Program-made: the position numbers and the translations under genes
Notes under the pieces: generated by a model
What the model was told of the DNA's origin: nothing
The model's input: the letters and a program-made list of their open reading frames with translations, nothing else
The model's database searches: none
Shown: positions 50,424 to 60,281 of the stretch, piece by piece
Position numbering within the stretch: position 1 is the first letter of the stretch
Layout: each line of letters begins with the position of its first letter
Assembly: GCA_938021675.1 (NCBI GenBank)
Contig: CALIFY010000014.1
Span: forward strand, 34,726 to 98,725
Source of the DNA: an uncultured Acidimicrobiales bacterium
GTDB taxonomy: Bacteria > Actinomycetota > Acidimicrobiia > Acidimicrobiales > SZUA-35
Reading direction: 5' to 3'
Length of the DNA: 64,000 nucleotides

Positions 50424-51611
50424 TCAGTCCCGAATCGCCTCTCCCGAGGCCGGATCAAAGAAGTGGAAACGGCCCGTGTCGACCGCTATCTCCAACTCGT
50501 CACCGATTTTGATGCCGGAGCGTGGGCTGAACCGGCCGGTGTAGATGGCGCTGTCTCCGTGTCGGGTCGCCTCGACCGCGTCTTCGCCCTCGAATTCGGC
50601 GTCCATAATGGCGAACGGTTCGGCATCGACCGGGAAGTGAGCGATCACTTCCGAGCCGAGCGACTCGACCAGGGTGATCTCACTCTTCAACCGACGGTCG
50701 GGTGGGGTGTCTGGCAGAATCGCCGCGTCTTCTGTGTCCTCGGGTCGGATACCGACGACGATGTCTTGGCCGAGTTTTGACTGAAGTGATTGGCGGGCCG
50801 CCCACAGCTCAGGAGCGATCGATAGCTGTTGACTCCCCACCTTGACCGTCGGCTCATCGGCAGAGTCCCCGAGGGTGGCGTTCATCAGATTCATGGATGG
50901 AGAGCCGATAAAGCCAGCCACGAACACGTTGTCGGGGCTGTCATATAGGTTTGACGGCGAATCGACCTGTTGGAGCACACCTCGCTTGAGTACCGCGACC
51001 CGATCGCCCATCGTCATGGCCTCGACCTGGTCGTGGGTTACGTAGATGGTTGTGACGCCGAGATTGCGTTGGAGCGATGCGATCTCCGCTCGCATCTGAA
51101 CCCGGAGCTTGGCGTCCAAGTTGGACAGGGGTTCGTCCATAAGAAAGGCCGCCGGTTGACGGACGATGGCTCGGCCCATCGCTACCCGCTGCCGCTGGCC
51201 TCCAGAGAGCTGCCCTGGCTTGCGGTCGAGGTACTCGGTGAGATCGAGGGTGGCGGCCGCTTTGTCTACCCGGGTCTTGATCTCGGTTTTCGGCACCTTG
51301 GCCAGTTTGAGCGCGAAGCCAATATTGTCGGCCACCGACATGTGGGGGTACAAGGCATAGTTCTGGAACACCATGGCGATGTCCCGGTCCTTGGGGTGGA
51401 CATCGTTGACCACCCGCTCGCCGATCCGCAACTCACCCCCACTGATCTCTTCAAGGCCAGCAACCATGCGGAGGGCGGTGGACTTACCGCACCCCGATGG
51501 TCCGACCAGCACAAGGAACTCTCCGTCTCCGATGTCGAGGTTGAGGTCGTGGATGGCGTGATAACCGTTCGGATAGACCTTCTCGAGATTGTCGAGCACT
51601 ACGTCTGCCAT
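50424..51611 (-). CDS. Sugar ABC transporter ATP-binding protein (MalK/MsiK/UgpC-like)
   Basis: Walker [10 protein letters not shown], signature [10 protein letters not shown], Walker [12 protein letters not shown], and a C-terminal regulatory TOBE-like domain. Confidence 0.9.
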   Translation of the reverse strand: MADVVLDNLEKVYPNGYHAIHDLNLDIGDGEFLVLVGPSGCGKSTALRMVAGLEEISGGELRIGERVVNDVHPKDRDIAMVFQNYALYPHMSVADNIGFALKLAKVPKTEIKTRVDKAAATLDLTEYLDRKPGQLSGGQRQRVAMGRAIVRQPAAFLMDEPLSNLDAKLRVQMRAEIASLQRNLGVTTIYVTHDQVEAMTMGDRVAVLKRGVLQQVDSPSNLYDSPDNVFVAGFIGSPSMNLMNATLGDSADEPTVKVGSQQLSIAPELWAARQSLQSKLGQDIVVGIRPEDTEDAAILPDTPPDRRLKSEITLVESLGSEVIAHFPVDAEPFAIMDAEFEGEDAVEATRHGDSAIYTGRFSPRSGIKIGDELEIAVDTGRFHFFDPASGEAIRD

Positions 51612-51621
51612 TGGAAAATTC

Positions 51622-52623
51622 CTATCCTTTCACCGAGCCGGCCAGGAGGCCGCGAACAAAGAAGCGTTGTAAGAGGAAGAACACCACGAGCGGAACGAAC
51701 GCCTGGACAAAGGCGCCGGCCGAAAGTAAGTGTTCTCGAAGGCCGAACTCTCCGGCCAGCGATGCGATCTTGATCGTCGCCGGGTGAGCAGCACCGTTCG
51801 AGCCGGTCATGGTGAGGGCGATCAGGTAGTCGTTCCACGTCCACAGGAATTGAAAGATTGCAAACGCTGCCAACACCGGAACCGATAGCGGCAAGACCAG
51901 TCGCCAAAAGATGGTGAAGTGGTCGGCCCCGTCGATCCTGGCCGACTCAAACAAGTCGGAGGGGAGTTGGCTGATGTAGTTGTGCAGCAAGAAGATGGCG
52001 AACGGCATGGCAAATGCGGTGTGGGTAATCCACACCGCGGTCGTCGTGCCGGCCAACCCGAGATCAGGGATGATCGTCACCGTCTTGTCGAGCCAGGGGA
52101 TCGTGAGGTGGGCGCCGTTGGAGTAGGCCTGGAGGAGCGGGATAAGCGCTACCTGGTTCGGGATTGCCAACAACGACACCGTGGCGATAAACACCTGCTG
52201 CCGGTACTTGAAATCGATCCAAGCGAATGCGTATGCGGCGAAGGCGGCGATAGCGATCGGGATGATCGTAGCCGGAATGGCGATGGCGAAGCTGTTGACG
52301 AGACCTTCTTTGAGTCCGCCGGTCGCCTCCGCGCTGAGCACATCCTGATAGTTGGCGAGGCCGAGGCCTTCCTCATCTGCCGGGAACCGCCACCACCCGC
52401 TGGCCCGTTGGGCATCTCGGGGGCGGAACGAATTCACAAACAGGCTGAAGGTTGGCAGCGTCCAGACCATAACGATGATCCACAGCAGCCAGGTCGGGAT
52501 GGACGACAGCAGCCGGTATACCCGGGCTGTGCCTCCGTCTTCTCCGACCACGGAGGCTGCGGCTTGGGTCCCACCGGAATCGACCGGGTCGACGGTGGTT
52601 GAAGCTGTGCTTGTAGCCGCCAT
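51622..52623 (-). CDS. Carbohydrate ABC transporter permease (MalG-like)
   Basis: EAA-loop region [22 protein letters not shown]. The start was moved to ATG 52623, 2 nt after the upstream permease stop. Confidence 0.85.
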   Translation of the reverse strand: MAATSTASTTVDPVDSGGTQAAASVVGEDGGTARVYRLLSSIPTWLLWIIVMVWTLPTFSLFVNSFRPRDAQRASGWWRFPADEEGLGLANYQDVLSAEATGGLKEGLVNSFAIAIPATIIPIAIAAFAAYAFAWIDFKYRQQVFIATVSLLAIPNQVALIPLLQAYSNGAHLTIPWLDKTVTIIPDLGLAGTTTAVWITHTAFAMPFAIFLLHNYISQLPSDLFESARIDGADHFTIFWRLVLPLSVPVLAAFAIFQFLWTWNDYLIALTMTGSNGAAHPATIKIASLAGEFGLREHLLSAGAFVQAFVPLVVFFLLQRFFVRGLLAGSVKG

Positions 52624-52625
52624 GG

Positions 52626-55490
52626 TCAGACCTCTCGCTGCATGGTTCGGATGTTGTACGTCATGACCGGGACGACGGCTACGAAGAGCACGATGGCCAA
52701 CGCCGAGCCAAGACCGAAGTTGAGTTCGGTGAATGCTCGCTGCCACATCTCGTTGGCCACTACCTGGGTATCGAAGTTGCCGTTGGTCATCACCTTCACA
52801 ATGTCGAACACCTTCATGACGAGAACGATCAACGTTGTGACCACCACTCCCACCGTTGGGGCGATGGAGGGGAGGGTGATCCTCCAAAAGATCTGGCTGT
52901 CGTTTGCGCCGTCCATCTTGGCCGCCTCCACGAACTCGGCGGGAACGGCCTTGATAGCAGCGGAGAAAATGACCATGGCGAAACCGGTCTGAATCCAGAT
53001 CAGTACCAGCATGAGCCACAGGTTGTTGAACGGCTGAGAGTCCTGGAGGAACAGGATCGTCGTGCCTTCGAGCACGCCGTTTTCAGCTTCCACCCCGGTG
53101 CCGCCAAGCCCACCGCCGACGGTGAATCGATAGAGAGCCCACAGAAACGGAGCGATGAGAACGACCGAGCCCCCGAAGGCGCCACGGGCACCGGTCCGCC
53201 AGAACAGAACCGCCAACACCGCAAGGGCACCCAGAATGGCGACGAGTATGGCGATGCCAACCACCTGACCGGTTCCGCCTTGGCTGACTCGACCGAGTTC
53301 TACCCAAAGCGAATTCATTACCCCGGTCTGTTCCTTTGAAGGATCTCGGGCGATGTACATGAAACGCCAGATAATGCCGGCCCCAACGAAGGAGATGGCA
53401 AGCGGCATGAACACGAACGATTTGGCGATGTTCTCGTGGTTGGCCCGGTCGGCCAGCACCGCCACGGCCAGGCCGAGCACCGTCGCCAGCAAGGTGACGG
53501 TGAAGACCCACCAGAGGTTGTTGAACAACGTGCCGCGGAGGGTGGAGAACAACGCCATGGCGAACAGAAACAGTCCGGCTCCAGCCAAGATGCTCGGGGT
53601 GCCGGCCATGTCGACCCTGGCCTGCGGGGCTGCTTCGCCGATCCGTGTGCCGATTGGGACGATGAGGGTCACCAGCCCGGCGATGGCGAGGCCGATGATG
53701 GCCAACCAGTTCCCCCCTGACGCCCCGTCGCTTTGCTGACCGAGCACGTATTCGAGGATGGCCAGCAGAATGAGCGTGCTGCCGATGCCGGTTCGAATGG
53801 CTTTCCCGCCGCCGAAGCTGTTGCCGGTCGTTCGGCCGAGGTACAAACCGATGCCGAGTGCAAGCACCACAAGCACGATGGCGGTTCCGGTCAACACGCT
53901 GCCGAACATATTGAGTCGGTTGGTGTAGTCGAAGCTTTTGGGATCGGTGAAGATCGACTGGTAGTTCTCAAGCCCAACGAAGGTTTCGCTTCGCTCGTCG
54001 AACACCGACAGATATATGGTGCGGAGCAGCGGGATGATGAGACCGGCCCCGATGAACGCCAGCGCAGGGGCGAGGAAGATCGGCCCCCGAGCCCGGCGTT
54101 CCAGATCGGAGCGGCCCACAGCGTCGAGCCACGGTTTCGCCCCGTAGCGGAGGCCGGCAAGGGCGCCGGCGATGCCGGTCGCGGTCAGGGTTTCTACCTC
54201 GGGGCCGCCCCCGAGCGTGGGCAAGCCAAAGGTGGCGAGCAACCAGCCGATGAGGGCGCCGGTGGTGGCTCCGACAACAGGGGTGCGCCGTCTCACAAGG
54301 CCCAGGCCGGCGCCGGCCGCGGCGCCGATCAATGGAGCAGCGACCAGCGGTAGCGTCTCCAAACGAGGTTGGTGGATGTTCTTGAGTAGGCCACCGATGA
54401 CGAGGCCGATGGCGGCGCCGCCGACGGTGGCCACGATGGCTCGAACCCGATCGTCGGGGAATTTGCTGATGGCGAATCCCAGAGCACCACACAGTAAGGC
54501 GCCGATGGTGGCGGTCCACATAACCCGGATCGAGGTGTCGACCGGAATGCGCTCAAGAAACAATGCGCCCCACACCAACCCGATCCCGGCACCGATGCCG
54601 GCCCCCATGGTCCGGCCACGCTTGCGGTCGTCACGCATGGCCCCGAGACCTTGCCCGGTGGCGAGACCGAGCCCAGCGCCGGCCACAACGCCGGCCACCA
54701 TCATCGTCGTTTCGTTCGTGTTGATCCAGCTGTGAAGATTGGTGGCTACCGATTCGCGGGGACCGAGAATCTGCAGTAGGCGGTTCCCGTCCAGCACGCC
54801 GAACAGTACGAAACCGATCGCTGCGCCGGCAGCTGTGGAGAATTGGGACCAGTTCTTGCCCGAGCGGTCGAACAACATGTTGGCTGCAACGAACACCGCG
54901 GCGCTGCCGCCGACTGCGAGCGCGACCGCCCACAGCGTGTCGGCGATCTTGTCCATCTCGGGGCTAGCTAAGGCCCGGCCGACGCGGTCGAAGGCCTGAA
55001 GCCAGTCGACGGCGCCGATACCGGCTAGTACACCACCGGCCGGTGGCAGCCACCGCCGTATCTGTTGTGGGGTGTCGGAGGAGCCGAGAAAGGCGAATGT
55101 TGCCAGGGTCGCCACGGCGATCGCCGCGAACTGGGCCAGCTTCGTTGGCGCCCACGCCGCGGTACTGGCTACTGCCAGCAGTACCGCCGAGAATGCGGCG
55201 AGACCGAGCGATACCGCGGAACGGTTGTTGACGAGGAGCGATGCGACCTTCCCGACGACAACCCCAACGATGATCGCCACCACCAAATTGACCAGGAACG
55301 GCAACGCCCCTCGATCGAGAAGAGTGACCGTCGTGGCGATACCGGCCGCAGCGCCGGTTACCGGCGGAATGGTCGATGCCTGACCGAACGTGGTCTGGAC
55401 TTTCTGGAGTATCTGATTGACGGCGAGTCCAATGACCGCGGCCGTCGCCAGAAGAATTCCCCAGCTGATGATGTCTCGGAGTAGCTCCAC
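52626..55490 (-). CDS. Unusually large (954 aa) carbohydrate ABC transporter permease (MalF-like C-half with ~470 aa Gly/Ala-rich polytopic N-extension)
   Basis: A single ORF. The C-terminal region carries the EAA loop (FVEAAKMDGANDSQIFWRITLP). The N-terminal half is a series of hydrophobic Gly/Ala-rich helices with no recognised domain. Confidence 0.75.
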   Translation of the reverse strand: MELLRDIISWGILLATAAVIGLAVNQILQKVQTTFGQASTIPPVTGAAAGIATTVTLLDRGALPFLVNLVVAIIVGVVVGKVASLLVNNRSAVSLGLAAFSAVLLAVASTAAWAPTKLAQFAAIAVATLATFAFLGSSDTPQQIRRWLPPAGGVLAGIGAVDWLQAFDRVGRALASPEMDKIADTLWAVALAVGGSAAVFVAANMLFDRSGKNWSQFSTAAGAAIGFVLFGVLDGNRLLQILGPRESVATNLHSWINTNETTMMVAGVVAGAGLGLATGQGLGAMRDDRKRGRTMGAGIGAGIGLVWGALFLERIPVDTSIRVMWTATIGALLCGALGFAISKFPDDRVRAIVATVGGAAIGLVIGGLLKNIHQPRLETLPLVAAPLIGAAAGAGLGLVRRRTPVVGATTGALIGWLLATFGLPTLGGGPEVETLTATGIAGALAGLRYGAKPWLDAVGRSDLERRARGPIFLAPALAFIGAGLIIPLLRTIYLSVFDERSETFVGLENYQSIFTDPKSFDYTNRLNMFGSVLTGTAIVLVVLALGIGLYLGRTTGNSFGGGKAIRTGIGSTLILLAILEYVLGQQSDGASGGNWLAIIGLAIAGLVTLIVPIGTRIGEAAPQARVDMAGTPSILAGAGLFLFAMALFSTLRGTLFNNLWWVFTVTLLATVLGLAVAVLADRANHENIAKSFVFMPLAISFVGAGIIWRFMYIARDPSKEQTGVMNSLWVELGRVSQGGTGQVVGIAILVAILGALAVLAVLFWRTGARGAFGGSVVLIAPFLWALYRFTVGGGLGGTGVEAENGVLEGTTILFLQDSQPFNNLWLMLVLIWIQTGFAMVIFSAAIKAVPAEFVEAAKMDGANDSQIFWRITLPSIAPTVGVVVTTLIVLVMKVFDIVKVMTNGNFDTQVVANEMWQRAFTELNFGLGSALAIVLFVAVVPVMTYNIRTMQREV

Positions 55491-55598
55491 CCCTATCCCT
55501 TCGAGCGCTCTGTGGTTTCTAGCTTTGTAGAGATGGCCCGTTTGGTCGGCCTCTCCGGTTGCCAGGTAGCAACATTGGTATGCGGCGGCTAAAAGGCC

Positions 55599-55631
55599 GG
55601 AAGGGGCGCCGACTTGGTCGACGCCCCTTCC
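55599..55631 (-). terminator. GC-rich hairpin between the SBP and permease genes (candidate intra-operon attenuator/terminator)
   Basis: The arms ggaaggggcg and cgccccttcc flank an inner cgac/gtcg pair. On the minus strand it is followed by ggccttttag (a short U-run). It lies about 45 nt downstream of the SBP stop. Confidence 0.4.
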
Positions 55632-55677
55632 GAAATGGTTCTTAGCGCATGTCGCTATGCGCCGGGCGACGAACCGG

Positions 55678-57120
55678 TCAGCCTTCTGGCCAACTTTCTT
55701 CGATCGCCGTCGCCGCTTCGTCGACGCTCTTGTCGCCGTTCACCGCCGCGGTTCCTTCGGTCCAGAAGGTTCCGGCGCCGACATCGGCTGGCATCTGGTC
55801 AGACGCATCAAACCGTGCGACGTCGGAGTTTGCCATGATGTCGAGGAACGAGGTTTCCAGGGGCTGATACAGCGACGGGTCGGCACCGTTTGCTACCGAT
55901 AGGAAGCCGGAGAGTCCGCCGTCTTTACGGGCGGTCTGAGCTTCCTGGCGGGCATCGGCGTACTCCGGTGAGCTGAAGTACTCCATGACCGCCCACACCT
56001 CGGGAGCGTCGCGGAAGGCGCCGGCCTGCGTGCCAGCAACCAGTACCGGTTGTCCTTCGTTTGATGGGAAGTAGAAGACGTCGATTGCGCCCTCACTGCC
56101 GTCGGCAAAAGCCGTGCCTTCTGGGATGAAGGCGGCGAAGAAGCTTGCCTGACGGTGCATGAGGCAGTCGCCGTCGACCAAGGGTTGGCCGTTGTCACCG
56201 AACGGGGTGGCAGCGATTGAACCGCCGGCCGCGAAGACCGCTCCCGGGGTGTTCCACAGGTCGATTACGGCCTGCATCTGGGTGACTACAGCCTCATCGT
56301 TGAATGGAATCTCGTGGTTGACCCACTGGTCGTAGGTGTCGGCTCCGGCGAAGCGGAGCACCATGTCTTCGGTCCAGTCGGTGAAGGTCCAACCTGTTGC
56401 GGGACCGGATTCGATTCCGACGCACAACGGGGTGTTGCCGTCTGTGACGGCGGTTCCGACCAGCTCGGCGAACTCATCGAACGTCGACGGAACTTCGTAG
56501 CCGAGTTCCTCGAACCGAGATGGCTGGTACCACACCAAGGACTTCAGGTCGGCCTTGTTTGGCACGCCGTATTGGGTGCCGTCGACGACGCCGAAGTTGT
56601 TCCAATCTTCTGGCCAGTTCTCGTTTGAGGTGGCGACCAGGTCGTCCGGCAAGGGGAGAATGAACTCTTCGCGGGCGAACTCGGCCAGCTTGCCTGGCTG
56701 GGGGAAGATGAAGATGTCTGGCGGATTGCCGCCCGACGCCTGTGCATTGATTTGATCGGCAGCGTCGCGGGCGCCGGTGTATTGGATGTCTATGCCGGTC
56801 TCCTCGGCGAAGACATCGAGGGCGTCTTGCATGGCCCCGGCCTCTTCGTCGGAACTCTCCGGGCCAAAGACGCTGACGGTGGTGCCGGCCAGATCGCCGT
56901 CGGCCATGGCGTCTTCGTCGCCCTCGTCCTCCGGTGCCTCGTCCTCCTCGTCACCGTCGCCGTCGCCGTCGACGGCATCATCTGCATCGTCAGCCGCGTC
57001 CTCCACGGCATCGGTGCCGGCATCGACCGCGTCGTCAGCCTCGTCACCTGAGCACGCGGCTGCGACGAGCGACAGCCCGAACAGCAACGCCAGGAGTGTT
57101 TTCCATCGCGAAGTACGCAT
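55678..57120 (-). CDS. Sugar ABC transporter substrate-binding lipoprotein (family 1 SBP)
   Basis: Lipobox LSLVAAAC, a long acidic D/E/A linker, then an SBP fold (PDIFIFPQPG, typical of the maltose/trehalose-type family). Confidence 0.85.
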   Translation of the reverse strand: MRTSRWKTLLALLFGLSLVAAACSGDEADDAVDAGTDAVEDAADDADDAVDGDGDGDEEDEAPEDEGDEDAMADGDLAGTTVSVFGPESSDEEAGAMQDALDVFAEETGIDIQYTGARDAADQINAQASGGNPPDIFIFPQPGKLAEFAREEFILPLPDDLVATSNENWPEDWNNFGVVDGTQYGVPNKADLKSLVWYQPSRFEELGYEVPSTFDEFAELVGTAVTDGNTPLCVGIESGPATGWTFTDWTEDMVLRFAGADTYDQWVNHEIPFNDEAVVTQMQAVIDLWNTPGAVFAAGGSIAATPFGDNGQPLVDGDCLMHRQASFFAAFIPEGTAFADGSEGAIDVFYFPSNEGQPVLVAGTQAGAFRDAPEVWAVMEYFSSPEYADARQEAQTARKDGGLSGFLSVANGADPSLYQPLETSFLDIMANSDVARFDASDQMPADVGAGTFWTEGTAAVNGDKSVDEAATAIEESWPEG

Positions 57121-57245
57121 CTGAAACCTTTCTGATATTCCTTGCCCCGGAGGGCGGTTCTCCCCAGAGTCGGCGCCGTGAGGGCCCGACTCCCTTCGGG
57201 CGATTTACCCGAAGACGCTCGGTTGGCGAAGCTGCAAGATCATTC

Positions 57246-57259
57246 TGCAAACGCTTACA
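57246..57259. promoter_or_regulatory. Candidate LacI/GalR-family operator
   Basis: TGCAAACGCTTACA fits the family consensus TGnAAnCGnTTnCA at every fixed position. It lies 126 bp upstream of the SBP start. Confidence 0.6.
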
Positions 57260-57480
57260 CGAGCGATCATCGTACTCTAGCCAAATCCCTGGTAATGGCA
57301 AGGAGTTCGACACGACATAGCGGTGACGTTGTTGTGACGGAGGTCGCAGTCCCGTCACAACACTGTCATGCCAGTGCTGCGGGGTTGTGCCGCTCGTCGG
57401 CTCTATGAGTGGTGTTTGCTTGTCCGTCAACACCCTTCCCTCGGCGCCATCAAGCCGCTACAGTCCCAGTTCAACAAGGC

Positions 57481-57494
57481 TGCAACCGCTTACA
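57481..57494. promoter_or_regulatory. Candidate LacI/GalR-family operator
   Basis: TGCAACCGCTTACA differs from the first site at one base. It lies about 50-65 bp upstream of the GH13 gene start. Confidence 0.6.
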
Positions 57495-57545
57495 ATTCTT
57501 GCGGAGCACGCCAGCCTTATGCCGTGATACTGGAGTGAACCACCG

Positions 57546-59213
57546 TTGAAAGAGAGACACGTGACCGAAAACTTCGACGACCACCCAGACGCCGTCGACG
57601 TGCGCTGGTGGCATGACGCCGTGGGCTACGAGGTCTACATTCGCTCCTTCGCCGATGGCGATGGCGATGGGATCGGCGACCTGCACGGACTGGTGGAGCG
57701 CCTCGACCACATCGCCGATCTTGGAGCAACTCTGGTTTGGGTCACACCGATCTACCCGTCACCGATGGCCGACTTCGGATATGACGTCGCAGACTACTGC
57801 GGTGTCAATCCGATCTACGGCGATCTGGATGTCTTTGATCGCCTGGTTGCCGAAGCCCATGACCGCGGGCTCAAAGTGGTGGTCGACATCGTCCCAAATC
57901 ACACATCGGATCAGCATCCCTGGTTCGTAGACGCCCGATCGGGACCGGACAGCGACTATCGCGATTACTACATCTGGCGCGATCCGGCGCCGGACGGAGG
58001 CCCACCGAACAACTGGGTCAGTTACTTCGGCGGCCCTGCTTGGACGTTCGATCCGGCCTCGAACCAGTACTACCTCCACCTGTTCCTCCCCGAACAACCC
58101 GATCTCGATTGGGCCAACCCGGCGGTGGCAGACGCCTTCGACGACGTGCTTCGGTTCTGGCTCGACCGCGGCATCGACGGCTTCAGGATCGACGTTGCCC
58201 AAGCGATGGGCAAAGACGGCCAGCTTCGCTCAAACCCGCAGATCGGGCCGTGGGACGACACCGCTCCTCGATGGCAACAATGGGACGCCTTCGATCATCG
58301 TCACGACATCCTCCAACCGTCGACGCTCGACATCTTCCGGCGATGGAACAAGGTGGTCGAACCGTACGACGCATTACTGCTCGGCGAAACGTACGTGTTC
58401 GACGCCGGAGACCTCGCTCGACTCTTGCCGGGCGAAGGACTCCACGTCGGATTCTGGTTTGAGTTGATGCACGTTGGGTGGTCGGCACAAGACGTACGTA
58501 ACGCCATCGCCGCCCCGCTTGAACGGGTCGCCGACCGCCGATCGATCGGGTGGGCCCTGGCCAGCCACGACGAGCAGCGTCCGCCCACTCGCTTCGCCCC
58601 GGCCGCCGATGACACCCAGACCGGAGAAGGGTCTCGGGATGGGGCTGACCTTGGCCGGCGGCGAGCGTTGGCGTTGACGACCCTCCTTTTCGGACTGCCA
58701 GGTTTGCCTGTCCTCTACCAGGGAGAGGAGCTCGGCCTTGTCGATGGTGAGGTGTCAGATGAGCGTCGGGCCGACCCGGTTGGGGCCGACGTTACGCTGT
58801 CCCGAGATGGGTGTCGTACGCCGATGCCGTGGGATCGGGGGCCCGGCCATGGGTTTTCTACCGCGACCGACACGTGGTTGCCCATGGGCGGCCGTACCGA
58901 CGACGACTCCGCGGCAGCCCAACGGGACGACCCCACATCGTCTTTTTCGGCGTACCGGGCGCTGGTGAAGGCCCGCCGAGAGACGCCCGAATTGCTCGAA
59001 CCCGACCTATCGTGGCTCGACCGAGACGGTGAGACCTGGCCACACGTCGTAGCCTACGAACGTGGATCCGTCGTTGTCGCCGCCAATATCGGCTCCGAGC
59101 CGATCGAACTCACCGGGATCGACGGAACGATAGTGTTCTCGACTGCGGGCCGGTCGGGAGAGTTCGTTGATCCAACTCTGGAGCCAGCCGACGCCGTGAT
59201 CGTGAGGAGATGA
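57546..59213 (+). CDS. GH13 alpha-glucosidase (oligo-1,6-glucosidase / trehalose-6-P hydrolase-like)
   Basis: WWHDAVGYEVYIRSFADGDGDGIGDL, DIVPNHTS, GFRIDVA, and EE..L regions. The start may be GTG 57561. Confidence 0.85.
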   Translation: MKERHVTENFDDHPDAVDVRWWHDAVGYEVYIRSFADGDGDGIGDLHGLVERLDHIADLGATLVWVTPIYPSPMADFGYDVADYCGVNPIYGDLDVFDRLVAEAHDRGLKVVVDIVPNHTSDQHPWFVDARSGPDSDYRDYYIWRDPAPDGGPPNNWVSYFGGPAWTFDPASNQYYLHLFLPEQPDLDWANPAVADAFDDVLRFWLDRGIDGFRIDVAQAMGKDGQLRSNPQIGPWDDTAPRWQQWDAFDHRHDILQPSTLDIFRRWNKVVEPYDALLLGETYVFDAGDLARLLPGEGLHVGFWFELMHVGWSAQDVRNAIAAPLERVADRRSIGWALASHDEQRPPTRFAPAADDTQTGEGSRDGADLGRRRALALTTLLFGLPGLPVLYQGEELGLVDGEVSDERRADPVGADVTLSRDGCRTPMPWDRGPGHGFSTATDTWLPMGGRTDDDSAAAQRDDPTSSFSAYRALVKARRETPELLEPDLSWLDRDGETWPHVVAYERGSVVVAANIGSEPIELTGIDGTIVFSTAGRSGEFVDPTLEPADAVIVRR

Positions 59214-60244
59214 ATGCAGTGACCTCGGTGGGGAGATCGGTGACAATCCAGGACGTGGCAAACGACTCCGGGGTGTCGGTGGCCACCGTCAGCCGGGCGT
59301 TGCGCGGCCTCCCGAACGTCGCGCCGTCGACCCGCGAACGTGTTCAGGAGTCGGCCGAGCGGCTTGATTATCATCCAGACCCGGCGGCCGCCCGGCTAGC
59401 GTCGGGACGATCCCGTACCGTCGCGATGGCCGTGCCCAGCCTCGATTCTTGGTACTTCACGCAGGTCATGGCCGGGGTCGAAGCGGTGCTGACCGCAGCG
59501 GGATACGACCTGTTAGTGTTCGCGATCGATAGTGACTCAGCGCGGCGGCGGATGACCCAAGGCCCGTTGGTAAAGCGGGCCGATGGGTTGATCATCGTGA
59601 ACATCAAGTTGTCGGCCGACGAGTCGGCCGCACTGGCATCAGCCGGCGTCAAGGTCGTGTCTGTAGGGGCCGCCTCCGATAGCTTCTCTTCGGTACGGGT
59701 CGACGATGAGCGGGTTGCCGAATTGGCCGTAGAGCATCTGATGTCGCTCGGACATCGCCGCATCGGGCTGGCCGGACATGGCGATGATCCAATGAAGTTC
59801 GACGTGCCGCTCGACCGACGGTCGGGGTACCGGAACGTGCTTGAGCGGGCTGGTCTTACCGTCGACGAAGAGCTGGAACGGGGTGCCGGGTTCTCGGTCG
59901 CCGGCGGGTCTGAGGCCGCGGCCCATCTTCTCGACCTCGACGACCCTCCGACGGCGATTTTCGCCATGTCGGACGAGACGGCTTTTGGCGTGATGCGGGC
60001 GGTATGGGATCGGGGATTGCGAGTGCCCGAGGACGTCTCAGTAGTGGGTGTCGACGACCACGAGTTTTCGGCGGTCGTCGGTCTCACAACGATCCGCCAA
60101 GATGTGACCGAACACGGATCGGTGGCGGCACGGCTTTTGCTCGACCGATTCGTCGACCCAGCGATCGAAGCGACAAAGTACGCTGTGCCGATCGCGTTGA
60201 TCGAACGGAAGACGACGAGCGCGCCAGCAGTGATTCGGCACTGA
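59210..60244 (+). CDS. LacI family transcriptional regulator
   Basis: HTH VTIQDVANDSGVSVATVSRALRG plus a periplasmic-binding-protein-like effector domain. ATGA overlap with the GH13 stop. Confidence 0.85.
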   Translation: MNAVTSVGRSVTIQDVANDSGVSVATVSRALRGLPNVAPSTRERVQESAERLDYHPDPAAARLASGRSRTVAMAVPSLDSWYFTQVMAGVEAVLTAAGYDLLVFAIDSDSARRRMTQGPLVKRADGLIIVNIKLSADESAALASAGVKVVSVGAASDSFSSVRVDDERVAELAVEHLMSLGHRRIGLAGHGDDPMKFDVPLDRRSGYRNVLERAGLTVDEELERGAGFSVAGGSEAAAHLLDLDDPPTAIFAMSDETAFGVMRAVWDRGLRVPEDVSVVGVDDHEFSAVVGLTTIRQDVTEHGSVAARLLLDRFVDPAIEATKYAVPIALIERKTTSAPAVIRH

Positions 60245-60281
60245 CGCCGAGACACGAAGAACAACAAGGGGGAACGCAGCC

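Noticed and set aside
52624-53019. N-terminal extension of the MalG-like permease ORF (51622..53019)
   Set aside because: It overlaps the upstream permease gene. ATG 52623, 2 nt after that gene's stop, gives a normal permease.
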